Origin: Candidatus Sericytochromatia bacterium
GTDB taxonomy: Bacteria > Cyanobacteriota > Sericytochromatia > S15B-MN24 > UBA4093
Reading direction: 5' to 3'
Assembly (NCBI GenBank): GCA_036676495.1
Contig: JAKFCT010000033.1
Span: 1 to 48,624 of the forward strand
Length of the DNA: 48,624 nt
Part shown: positions 1 through 8,745 of the stretch, one piece after another
Layout: each line of letters starts with the position of its first letter
Numbering within the stretch: the stretch's first letter is position 1
Notes under the pieces: model-generated
Told to the model about the DNA's origin: nothing
Seen by the model: only the letters and a program-made list of their open reading frames with translations
Databases searched by the model: none
Program-made: the position numbers and the translations under genes

Positions 1-802
1 GGGCATGGCACTCGCCATCGCCCACGGCGTCTTTGCCTGGGGGCCGGCCCTCGCCGCCATGCTGGGGGCCTGCTTCATCCAGATCGGGACCAACTTCGCC
101 AACGATTACTTCGACTTCAAGTCCGGAGCCGACACCGCCGAGCGGATGGGCCCCCTGCGGGTCACCCAGGCGGGCCTGGTCACGCCCGCCCAGATCAAGG
201 CCGCCACGGCGATCGCCTTCGCTCTCGCCACCCTCTGCGGCCTCTACCTGACCTGGGTGGGAGGTTGGCCGATCGTTGCCATCGGCCTGCTATCCATCCT
301 TTCCGGCCTCGCCTATACCGGAGGCCCCTTCCCGCTGGGCTATAACGGCCTGGGGGACCTGTTCGTGTTCATCTTCTTCGGTCTGGTGGCGGTCGGGGGG
401 ACGTATTACGTCCAGGCGCTCAGCTTCAGCCCGATCGCGCTGGCCGTGGCGGTCCCGGTGGGCCTGCTTTCCACGGCCATCATCGTGGTGAACAACCTCC
501 GCGACGCCGACACCGACGTCGTGGCGGGCAAGCGAACCCTGGCCGTCAAGTTCGGCAAGGGCTTCGCGCGCCGGGAGTACCTCGCGCTCCTGACCCTGTC
601 TTACCTGGCGCCCCTGGCCCTGATCGCCGTGGGATCCCTGTCCTGGGGAGCCTTGCTGCCGCTCTTGAGCCTGCCCTTGGCCATCTCCCTCGTTCGCAAG
701 GTCTACACCCTCGAAGGACCCGCCCTCAATGCCGTCCTGGGCGGCACCGGGCAATTGCTGCTAGTGTTCAGCCTCTTGTTCTCCCTGGGGCTCGTGCTTT
801 GA
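1..802 (+). CDS. menA: 1,4-dihydroxy-2-naphthoate prenyltransferase (probably 5'-truncated by the window edge)
   Basis: UbiA-family membrane protein with Asp-rich motifs NDYFDFKSGAD and NNLRDADTD..GKRTLAV; directly upstream of menC and menE. Confidence 0.92.
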   Translation, partial: GMALAIAHGVFAWGPALAAMLGACFIQIGTNFANDYFDFKSGADTAERMGPLRVTQAGLVTPAQIKAATAIAFALATLCGLYLTWVGGWPIVAIGLLSILSGLAYTGGPFPLGYNGLGDLFVFIFFGLVAVGGTYYVQALSFSPIALAVAVPVGLLSTAIIVVNNLRDADTDVVAGKRTLAVKFGKGFARREYLALLTLSYLAPLALIAVGSLSWGALLPLLSLPLAISLVRKVYTLEGPALNAVLGGTGQLLLVFSLLFSLGLVL

Positions 803-1869
803 GACGATGGGCCGTCCCCTATGAGGTCCCCTTCCGGAGACCCATTCAGACGGCCCATGGCACCCTTCTCACCCGAAAGGGGGCCTGGGTCGCCGTCGAG
901 GACGATGCGGGCCGCTTGGGCTTCGGAGAGGTGGCTCCCCTTCCCGAATGGGGAACCGAGTCCTTCGCCGCCGCCGAGGCCGCGCTGGCGACCCTGGGAG
1001 CGCTGCCGGAGTGCGAAGACGTTCAGCAGCTCAGTGCCTGCCTGGAGGCGGCCGGTTTGAGCCGGGAGCGCCTTCCCGCCACCCTGGCCGGCGTCGAGCT
1101 GGCATGCCTCGATGTCTTCGCGCGCCGGCAGGGAGTCAGCCTGGCGTCCCTGCTTTCGGACGCTCCGCTCACCCATGTCTCCGTCAATGCGCTCTTGACC
1201 GCGCTCGACCCCGTCGAGCTCGCGGCCGAGGCGCGCGCGCGCGTGGAGCAGGGCTTCGGGACGCTCAAGTTGAAAGTCGGCTTGGGGGCGATCGCCGACG
1301 ACGTTCGCCGCGTGAAAGCCGTCCGGGAGGCCGTGGGACCTGCTGTCCGCCTGAGGGCCGATGCCAATAGCGCCTGGGACGTTCCTGCCGCCCTCACGGC
1401 CTTGAAGCAGCTTCAGCCGTTCGACCTGGAGTACCTCGAACAGCCCGTTCCGGAGGCCCGCGACCTCTCCCGCCTCCGCGATCGGGCCCTGCTGCCCATT
1501 GCCGCGGACGAATCCGCTCAGGACGCGGTCGCCGTGCGGGAGTTGCTGGATCAGCAAGCGGTCGATTGGCTGATTTTGAAGCCCTTGGCGCTCGGGGGTC
1601 TGCTTTACACGCAGAGCTTGGCGAAGGACGCCCTCCGCGCGGGCATCGGCGTCACGCTGACCTCGGTCCTGGACCGCGGCATCGGAACGGCAGGCGCCCT
1701 TCACCTGGCCGCCGCGCTTGGCATGGAGACGGCGTGCGGTCTCTCGAACACGCACATGGACGCCGCTCATTTCGTGGGCCCATTGCCCGAGTCGGGGACG
1801 CTCGCGATCCGCGCGCCGGGGCATGGCGTGAGCCGGATCTTGCCCTTCGAGGTCGCCCATGACGCGTAG
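799..1869 (+). CDS. menC: o-succinylbenzoate synthase (enolase superfamily)
   Basis: Motifs GFGEVAPLP, KLKVG, RADAN, EQP, IAADES, ILKP; overlaps the menA stop. Confidence 0.88.
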   Translation: MRRWAVPYEVPFRRPIQTAHGTLLTRKGAWVAVEDDAGRLGFGEVAPLPEWGTESFAAAEAALATLGALPECEDVQQLSACLEAAGLSRERLPATLAGVELACLDVFARRQGVSLASLLSDAPLTHVSVNALLTALDPVELAAEARARVEQGFGTLKLKVGLGAIADDVRRVKAVREAVGPAVRLRADANSAWDVPAALTALKQLQPFDLEYLEQPVPEARDLSRLRDRALLPIAADESAQDAVAVRELLDQQAVDWLILKPLALGGLLYTQSLAKDALRAGIGVTLTSVLDRGIGTAGALHLAAALGMETACGLSNTHMDAAHFVGPLPESGTLAIRAPGHGVSRILPFEVAHDA

Positions 1870-3346
1870 AACCGCTCCCACCCTGGAAGCCGCCCGGCGC
1901 CATCCCGATCATCCCGCCCTGATTTGTCGGGGCGAGATCTGGAGTTACGGCGAATTCGAGAAACGCATCCAGAATGCCGCCCGCCGTCTGCGCACGCTCG
2001 GGGTGAGCGCCGGCAAGCGCGTCGCCCTCTGGGCCGGAAACTCTCCGGACTGGGCCGTCCTCGCGCATGCGGTCGGTCGGGTGGGAGGGGTCTTGTTGCC
2101 GCTCAATACGCGTCTGAGCGATCATGAGCTCGCCTATCAAATCCGTCCCGCCGATCTCTTGCTCGCGGCTCCTGTGCTGGCCGCGCGGGCCCGCCAGGCC
2201 CTTCCCGCGGACCTGCCGTTGCGAACCTTCGACGGGACGACTCCCGGGCTCGAGGACTTCTGGGAGACCGCGCCCGATCCGGCGCCCCTCCCGGAGGAGC
2301 TGGACCTCGCGGCAGAGCAGGCCATCCTCTTCACCTCGGGCACCAGCGGCTTGCCCAAGGGGGCCGTCCTCACCTGGGGAAATCAGTTCTCGAGCGCCGA
2401 GGCGTCGGCCTCGGTGCTGCCCTTGTCGCCGGCCGATCGCTGGATCGACTGCATGCCGCTCTTCCACGTGGGAGGCCTGAACATCCTCTACCGCTGCGCC
2501 ATCGCGGGGGCGACCGTCATTCTGCATGAGCGCTTCGATGCCGAGGCCGTGAACCACGCCTTCGATCGGGAAGGCGGGACCGTCATCTCGCTGGTGGCCT
2601 CGACCCTCAACCGGACGCTCGATGCCCGCAAGGGGCCGTTGCCCGAAACCGTGCGCGCCGTGTTGATTGGCGGCGGCCCGGTGCCTCCCGACCTGATCGC
2701 GCGGTGCCCCATCGCGCTTCCGACCTACGGGATGACCGAGACCTGCTCGGGGGTGACCCTGGTGGCGCCGGGAGCGAGCGATGCGGACCGAGCGACGGCG
2801 GGCCGCCCCATGGCAGGCGTCGAGCTGGAGATCCGCGGGGACGACGGCGCGCGCCTGGCGCCCGGCATACCCGGCATGATCGTCGTGCGCGGGCCCATGG
2901 TCATCCGGGGCTACCTCGATCCGGAGGCCACGGCCAAGGCCCTCGCGGACGGCTGGCTTCAGACCGGGGACTTCGGCATGCTCGACGATTGTGGGCGCCT
3001 CACCGTGCTGACCCGCCGCAACGATCTCATCATCTCGGGGGGCGAGAACGTCTATCCGGCCGAGATCGAGGCGGCCTTGCGGGCGCATCCGGAGGTCAAG
3101 GACGCCGCGGTGGTCGGCATTCCGCATGCGCGTTGGGGCCAAGCTCCCATGGCCTTCGTGGTGGCGGCTTCGCCTTTGACCGTGGGAGCGCTGCGGAGCT
3201 TCCTGGCCGGCCGACTCGCGCGCTACAAGCTTCCGGCCGTCTATCGCGTCATCGAGGCGCTGCCGTTGCTTTCCAACGGAAAGCTCGACCGGCGAGCACT
3301 TGCAAGTCTGGCCGCCTCGGATTCGGAAGCCCTCGCACTCGCCTAG
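1859..3346 (+). CDS. menE: o-succinylbenzoate--CoA ligase
   Basis: AMP-binding motifs FTSGTSGLPKG, TYGMTET, TGD, ISGGENVYP, GKLDR; men operon context. Confidence 0.9.
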   Translation: MTRRTAPTLEAARRHPDHPALICRGEIWSYGEFEKRIQNAARRLRTLGVSAGKRVALWAGNSPDWAVLAHAVGRVGGVLLPLNTRLSDHELAYQIRPADLLLAAPVLAARARQALPADLPLRTFDGTTPGLEDFWETAPDPAPLPEELDLAAEQAILFTSGTSGLPKGAVLTWGNQFSSAEASASVLPLSPADRWIDCMPLFHVGGLNILYRCAIAGATVILHERFDAEAVNHAFDREGGTVISLVASTLNRTLDARKGPLPETVRAVLIGGGPVPPDLIARCPIALPTYGMTETCSGVTLVAPGASDADRATAGRPMAGVELEIRGDDGARLAPGIPGMIVVRGPMVIRGYLDPEATAKALADGWLQTGDFGMLDDCGRLTVLTRRNDLIISGGENVYPAEIEAALRAHPEVKDAAVVGIPHARWGQAPMAFVVAASPLTVGALRSFLAGRLARYKLPAVYRVIEALPLLSNGKLDRRALASLAASDSEALALA

Positions 3347-3554
3347 CGTCCGAGGCTGTCTGGCCGCAACCACGTCCGCTCGAACTGCCATCCGCGGGGC
3401 TTTCAGCCGATCTTCACGACTCGTAGCAAAGCGATGACGCTTCTTTGGGTACAGTGGCGGGGGCGCGTATAGTACAATAGTTCGGTAGCTCCGTGACGTT
3501 CGGGGCTGTCCGGTCGCTTCCGCGAACTCCGCACCCGTTTTGAGGCCAACATCC

Positions 3555-4409
3555 ATGCCCCCGCGCCAGCCCAAGTCCCCCTCCTATTCGGATATCGACC
3601 TCGCGAACTGGAAGGATTATCCTGACATCCTGACGGATAGCCTCTGGCAATTCCCGTCTCGAAAGAACACCGGGACCCATGTCGGGGATTATCACGGCAA
3701 CTTCATCCCCCAGGTCGCCGAGCAGATCATGCTTCGCTACTCCAAACAGGGCGACGTGGTGCTGGACATGTTCCTGGGGATGGGGACGAGCCTGATCGAG
3801 TGCCGCAGGCTCGGCCGCAACGGCATCGGCATCGAGCTGCTGCCGGCCATCGCGGAGCGCTCCCAGGCCCGGATCGAGGCCACCGAGAACCCCCATGACG
3901 TGCGCACGCTCGTGGTGAACGGCAGCTCGGCAAGCCCCGAGACGCATGCGAAGGTCCGCGAGGCCCTGGCCACGCTGGACCGCGAAGAGGCCGACCTGAT
4001 CTTCCTTCATCCCCCGTACTCGGACATCATCCGATTCTCCAACGGCGAGAACCCGGATGACCTCTCCACCGTCGAGAACGACGAAGAGTTCGTGTCGCGC
4101 TTCGGAGAGGTTGCGGCCGCCAGCTTCGACCTGCTCGCGCCGGGCCGCTTCATGGCGCTCGTCATCGGAGACAAGTACGCAAAGGGCGAATGGGTGCCCC
4201 TGGGCTTCCAGTGCATGCAGACCTGCACGGATGCGGGCTACACCCTCAAGAGCATCGTGGTCAAGGACATCAACGGCAACGAGCGGGGCAAGGGAAAGAA
4301 CGCCAACCTCTGGAAGTACCGCGCGCTCAAGGACGGGTACTACGTCTTCAAGCACGAGTACGTGATGCTCTTCCAGAAGCCCCAAGGTAAGACGAAGGCC
4401 CGCCGCTAG
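3555..4409 (+). CDS. Solitary amino (N6-adenine/N4-cytosine) DNA methyltransferase family protein
   Basis: SAM-binding DMFLGMGT followed by catalytic-type HPPY; HGNFIPQ and HEYV motifs; TACAAT at 3473-3478 upstream. Confidence 0.75.
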   Translation: MPPRQPKSPSYSDIDLANWKDYPDILTDSLWQFPSRKNTGTHVGDYHGNFIPQVAEQIMLRYSKQGDVVLDMFLGMGTSLIECRRLGRNGIGIELLPAIAERSQARIEATENPHDVRTLVVNGSSASPETHAKVREALATLDREEADLIFLHPPYSDIIRFSNGENPDDLSTVENDEEFVSRFGEVAAASFDLLAPGRFMALVIGDKYAKGEWVPLGFQCMQTCTDAGYTLKSIVVKDINGNERGKGKNANLWKYRALKDGYYVFKHEYVMLFQKPQGKTKARR

Positions 4410-4417
4410 GCGGGCCT
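4396..4417. terminator. Hairpin between convergent genes (probable terminator)
   Basis: AGGCCCGCC-GCTA-GGCGGGCCT, followed by GTTTCTT. Confidence 0.55.
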
Positions 4418-4426
4418 GTTTCTTGG

Positions 4427-4750
4427 CTAGGCGGGTTCCGGGGTGAAGGTGACCGAATAGCCGCCCTCGCGGGCGATCGCCTCGCTCAGGGCATAGCCCC
4501 AATCCTGCTCTCCGGGCTTCATGACGACCTCTCGAAGCTTGAGCTTCATGCCGGCGCCCTGTCCCTCCATGGTTTCCGAGCGAAGCGGCAGGGGCTTGGC
4601 GCGAAAGGCCTCCACGAGCTCCCGGATCGGCGGGGCTGTCGAGGGAGAGACCTCGATGCGATCGCCCGTGACGGTCACCTCTCCGGCGAGTTCCGGCATG
4701 AAATCCGTCGAAGCGTCGAGTTTCCAGAGGTAGAACGTCAGGCTTGTCAT
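4427..4750 (-). CDS. Hypothetical protein (107 aa)
   Basis: Compact ORF with protein-like composition, downstream of and co-oriented with the 4795-5946 gene. Confidence 0.7.
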   Translation of the reverse strand: MTSLTFYLWKLDASTDFMPELAGEVTVTGDRIEVSPSTAPPIRELVEAFRAKPLPLRSETMEGQGAGMKLKLREVVMKPGEQDWGYALSEAIAREGGYSVTFTPEPA

Positions 4751-4794
4751 GATCTCGGTTCACTCCCGATGGGCGACGACATGGGCGATCGCCC

Positions 4795-5946
4795 CTAGCT
4801 GAAGACGGCGGCCGCGACGCTGTCGCCGGTGGCGAACGCGTGGGCCTCGATGGGTTGCGTGCGATAGGCTTCATACCCGTTGTTGGGCTGGGAGTAATCG
4901 AAGAAGTTCTCATACCAGCTGATCGCCGTGGAATAGAGCGGATCGGCCGGATCCATGCGACCCGACTTGGCGTCGACTCCTTTTTCCCACTGGTAGGCAT
5001 GCGCCTGCTCGTGGGTCACGGTGTTCACGAACTCGCGCAGATCCGCCAAGGTGTCCGGAGAGAGGTGGACCTTGTCCTCGGTCGGATGGTAGTAGCCGTA
5101 GGCCGGCTTCTTCAGGAAGGCATCCACCTGGATGGGGGCGGCCTGGAACCCGTAGACCGCGCCTTCCATGGCGGCGATTCGGTTGCCCGCCGCGAGCTTG
5201 ACGTCCGTGGGCAGCTTCTCCCAGTCGCTGAAGGCGGCCTGAAGCGCGGCGTCGCTACGGATGGTCTTGATGAGGTTGGCGCGGTTGATCAGGTCGTTCT
5301 GGCGCCAGTTAGACGTCGCGGCCGGAGCGGGAAGGGAGCTCAGCGGGCTCGTCAGCTGGCTCTTGAGCTGGGCGAGCCGTTGCGCTTCGGGATCGAGCGG
5401 AGCGGCTTGACCCGAGCCACCGACCCAGGTCAAGCCGAGGGCGTTGCCTCCAGCTGCAGGCGCGGGAGTCCCGGCTGGCTTGCCGCCTGCCGGAGCGGAG
5501 GTCGTGCTGCCGCTGCGCCACTCGAGGCCGAGCCCCTGGTTGGTCGAGGGAGTTCCCCCGGAGGGTGTTCCGCCGGCCGGCGCGGAGCCACCGGGACTGG
5601 GGGCGGGCGCGCTTCCGCTGCGCCATTCGAGTCCCAGGCCTCCGCCGGAGGACTGGCCGGCAGGTGAGCCCGTCGGCGGGCTTCCTTGAGGGGCGGGGGG
5701 CTTGCCGGTCGTGGCCCATTCGAGGCCGAGGCCGCTCGCGGCTCCCGAGGATCCTGGGGTGGGTTTGCTGCCGGCCCATTCGAGCATCAGTCCCTGGCCG
5801 TTCGTCACCAGGGACTGATCGGCCGGTGGCGCGGCTGGCGGAGCTTGGGTCGTGGACTCGGGGGTGGCCGAAGGAGCCGTCTCGCCGCGAGGGCGAACGT
5901 TCGGGGTTTGGGCGACCCAGGTCAAACCGAGCGGACCTGTCGACAT
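4795..5946 (-). CDS. Protein with six LGL(E/T)W repeats in a Pro/Gly/Ser/Thr-rich N-terminus and a C-terminal HExxH metallopeptidase-like domain
   Basis: AAGGAGGT RBS before ATG 5946; THEQAHAYQ with a later QPIEAHAF. Confidence 0.75.
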   Translation of the reverse strand: MSTGPLGLTWVAQTPNVRPRGETAPSATPESTTQAPPAAPPADQSLVTNGQGLMLEWAGSKPTPGSSGAASGLGLEWATTGKPPAPQGSPPTGSPAGQSSGGGLGLEWRSGSAPAPSPGGSAPAGGTPSGGTPSTNQGLGLEWRSGSTTSAPAGGKPAGTPAPAAGGNALGLTWVGGSGQAAPLDPEAQRLAQLKSQLTSPLSSLPAPAATSNWRQNDLINRANLIKTIRSDAALQAAFSDWEKLPTDVKLAAGNRIAAMEGAVYGFQAAPIQVDAFLKKPAYGYYHPTEDKVHLSPDTLADLREFVNTVTHEQAHAYQWEKGVDAKSGRMDPADPLYSTAISWYENFFDYSQPNNGYEAYRTQPIEAHAFATGDSVAAAVFS

Positions 5947-6037
5947 GCCAACCTCCTTCTGCACGCAGAAGCTCCACGCCTCCCTTGATCCCTCCTTCCC
6001 GGGGCGAGACGAAACTTAACGCCCGGGGCGGGAGCCG

Positions 6038-6682
6038 CTAGAGGTCCTCCAGGCCGAGATCCGCGCCTTTCCGCCCCTTGATGCCATTCAACAAAGTGGA
6101 CATATCCACGATCTCGGCGTCGGCAGGGAGCTGGAAGCGGGAGGCGTCCACGCCGTGTCGCGAGACGTTCAGGTAGCGGACCACGGTCGTGCCGCCCGTC
6201 GGAGTGCGGACGATCGATTTGAACGGCATGCCTCCCGAGAGGTAGTTGGTGGAGACGGTGCCGTCGTCGGAGGTCGTCTGGTAGACGTCGCAGGGGCGGC
6301 CGTCGACGGACTGGTTTCCAAGCTTCTTCACGGCGTGACGGGCGCCCGGATTCAGGCCCATGGCTCCCAGGGCGGAGAGGCCGAGGCGTAGCCAGGTGCG
6401 ATCGCCTTGGTACATGTACGCCGAGCCCTCATCCAAGCGGATGATGGCGGTCATGCCTTCCGCGCCGGGGGACTCCAGGCGGACGCGCTGGGGCATGTAG
6501 GCGATCCGGAAGACGGTGGGGGTCGGCATGGCCGGGGAGGTGATCGAGACGTCCGCCGTGAAGGGCGGGGCCTGTTCGAGACCAGGCAGGACGGGCGGAA
6601 GGCCGCTTCCACCGAAGGCGAGGGCCGGGGAGGCGGCGCAAATCCCGAGCGCCGCCAGCATGGCGGCAAATCGCTTCAACAT
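6038..6682 (-). CDS. Exported protein, LolA-fold/DUF4412-like
   Basis: Signal peptide ending ALA; KKLGNQSVDGRPCDVY and DASRFQLPAD motifs are typical of this fold. Confidence 0.6.
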   Translation of the reverse strand: MLKRFAAMLAALGICAASPALAFGGSGLPPVLPGLEQAPPFTADVSITSPAMPTPTVFRIAYMPQRVRLESPGAEGMTAIIRLDEGSAYMYQGDRTWLRLGLSALGAMGLNPGARHAVKKLGNQSVDGRPCDVYQTTSDDGTVSTNYLSGGMPFKSIVRTPTGGTTVVRYLNVSRHGVDASRFQLPADAEIVDMSTLLNGIKGRKGADLGLEDL

Positions 6683-6803
6683 CGGGCACTTCTCCGTCGG
6701 AAAGGGAGCAGGGGTTGCTAGGCCTCGTATACCCCGCGAACGAGGATGGTCTTCACGGCATGCGAGCCGCTATAATAGGGGAAGAGACACCGGGAGGAAG
6801 ACC

Positions 6804-7493
6804 GTGACCTATAGCCTTGCCGACGCCGCGAAGCAACTCGGAGTATCCACCTCGCTGATCCGCAGGTACGAAAAGGAGTTCGAGCTGAACTTCGCTCGGA
6901 CCGAGCAAGGGCGCTGCATGCTCACGGAGCGGGATCTCTCCAACCTCCGGATCATCCGGGGGTTCCGGCAGCAGGGCATGCCGCTCGAGGAGATCAAGGC
7001 GCAACTGCGTCCTCACGAGAGCGTCGAGCTGGTTTCGGCGGAGACCACCGTCCAGGGTCCGGAGATTCGCGAGGTGCTCTCGGCGCTGGTGCGGAGGCAG
7101 GATGAGCTGGAGAGCGTCGTCGCCGCTCAGCAATCTCAACTCAACGCGCAGCAGGAGCGGATCGCGGCGCTGTTGAGCGAGAACCAGAAGCTCTTGGCGA
7201 GTCATGAGCAGCTTGGGGGCTTGCTCGCTCAGCCCACGGCGCCGAGCGAGGAGCTGGAGGCGCTGCGCGAGCGCGTCACCGGCCTGGAGACGCAGGCGGA
7301 GAGCGTCCTGCTCGAAGCGAGCAAGGACGAGGTGATCCGCAGGCTCCAGCGCCGCTTGCTGGAGCTGGAAGGCTCGATCGCCGCGCAGCTGGACCATCCG
7401 GATGCCGACGAGGGGATGCTCGACGAGTTGGCATCCGCCATTCAGGTTCTCGCCAGCCAGCAACGCAAGCGCTGGTGGGAGTTCTGGAAGTAG
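6804..7493 (+). CDS. MerR-type HTH plus coiled-coil protein (RacA-like architecture)
   Basis: GGAGG RBS before GTG 6804; YSLADAAKQLGVSTSLIRRYEKEF helix-turn-helix; long coiled coil; KRWWEFWK tail; TATAAT at 6771-6776. Confidence 0.75.
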   Translation: MTYSLADAAKQLGVSTSLIRRYEKEFELNFARTEQGRCMLTERDLSNLRIIRGFRQQGMPLEEIKAQLRPHESVELVSAETTVQGPEIREVLSALVRRQDELESVVAAQQSQLNAQQERIAALLSENQKLLASHEQLGGLLAQPTAPSEELEALRERVTGLETQAESVLLEASKDEVIRRLQRRLLELEGSIAAQLDHPDADEGMLDELASAIQVLASQQRKRWWEFWK

Positions 7494-7581
7494 CGGAACC
7501 TTTCCTACTTCTTAACGTAACTTCTGGCGATCATGCGGGGATAAGACTCCTAACACCCTTTTAACGGAGCCTGCCACCGCC

Positions 7582-8739
7582 ATGACCAGCATCAACGGAC
7601 AATCGCGAATCCACGACATGTTCGTCCGCTCCGGCCGCCCGGCCGAGGAGCCGCAGGAGGGCGATCAGACCGAGGATGCCATCAAGGCCAGCGTCGCCAA
7701 CAAGACGGACGTCTTCGTCGGCAAGATGCTGGGCGGCACGTCGATTTCCACCACCGTCGCGAACGGGGATGCCACGGGAGCCGCGCTCGAAGCCGCCAAG
7801 GTGGCCGCCAAGACCATGACCAACAGCCCGGTGGTGGCCGAGGGCCTCACCAAGGGCGCCACGGTGGTCTCGGGAGCCGTCGCGGCCGCCAAGGGCGATC
7901 ACTTCGCCGCGGCGGCGACCGCCAAGACGGTCCTCCAGAACTCCCCCAGCCTCTCGAAGCTTTCCGTCGTGGCCGATGCCGTCATGATCGCCACGGGCGA
8001 CAAGAAGCTCGAAGCCACGATTCAGGAAGTCAAGAAGGAAGCCAAGAAGGTGGTTTCCCCCACTGCCACGACGGGCGATCGCTGGAAGTCGGGCCTCAAG
8101 CTCGCCCAGCACACCCAGAGCGGCGTGATCCTCTCGCAGCAGCTGGTCGACGCCGGCGGCGACCTCCTGCGCTGGCTCGGCAAGGCCCCCGCCTTCCAGG
8201 GCCTCACGAAGGGCCTGGGCCGCGTGGGCAGCGCCATTGCCGCCAGCCCCCTCGGTACCGTCGTCCGCAAGCTGGGCAAGCTCATGCCCGTGCTCAACCT
8301 GGCCGCCCTCGCCAACTCGGTCCGGATCGCCATCGACATCTGGCGCGATCCCCGCAGCTCCAAGACCTCCAAGACCCTGGTCGCCGGATCCATCGCCAGC
8401 GGCGTGGTCCTCTTCGGAGCCTCCGTCGTGACCGGCGGAGCCGCCCTGGTTCCTGCGGCCGCCGCCTTCGGCGTCGCCAGCGAGCTCGGCTTGATGGCCA
8501 CCCGCAAGCGCGACCTGGAGCAAGGCAACACCGATCGGCAGATGGCGCACTACTTCACCAACCCCGTCGAGGGAGCCAAGGCTTTCGGCAACCTGGTCAC
8601 CGATACCGGCAAGGCGATCGCCACCGACCTCAAGAAGATCGTCACCAAGCTCGGCGACAAGCTCACGGGCCGTTCGGCCGCCCCCGAAGAGAAAGCCGCC
8701 CCGAGCGGCAGGCTCGGAGCGGCTCCCAAGTTCAACTAG
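7582..8739 (+). CDS. Hypothetical Ala/Lys-rich protein with C-terminal hydrophobic helices
   Basis: 385-aa ORF with GGAG RBS and strong GC3 codon bias; no family recognised. Confidence 0.75.
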   Translation: MTSINGQSRIHDMFVRSGRPAEEPQEGDQTEDAIKASVANKTDVFVGKMLGGTSISTTVANGDATGAALEAAKVAAKTMTNSPVVAEGLTKGATVVSGAVAAAKGDHFAAAATAKTVLQNSPSLSKLSVVADAVMIATGDKKLEATIQEVKKEAKKVVSPTATTGDRWKSGLKLAQHTQSGVILSQQLVDAGGDLLRWLGKAPAFQGLTKGLGRVGSAIAASPLGTVVRKLGKLMPVLNLAALANSVRIAIDIWRDPRSSKTSKTLVAGSIASGVVLFGASVVTGGAALVPAAAAFGVASELGLMATRKRDLEQGNTDRQMAHYFTNPVEGAKAFGNLVTDTGKAIATDLKKIVTKLGDKLTGRSAAPEEKAAPSGRLGAAPKFN

Positions 8740-8745
8740 CGCGAT

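Noticed and set aside
5420-5935. Spaced nucleotide repeats resembling a CRISPR array
   Set aside because: They are short, vary at synonymous positions, have irregular spacing and encode a peptide repeat.
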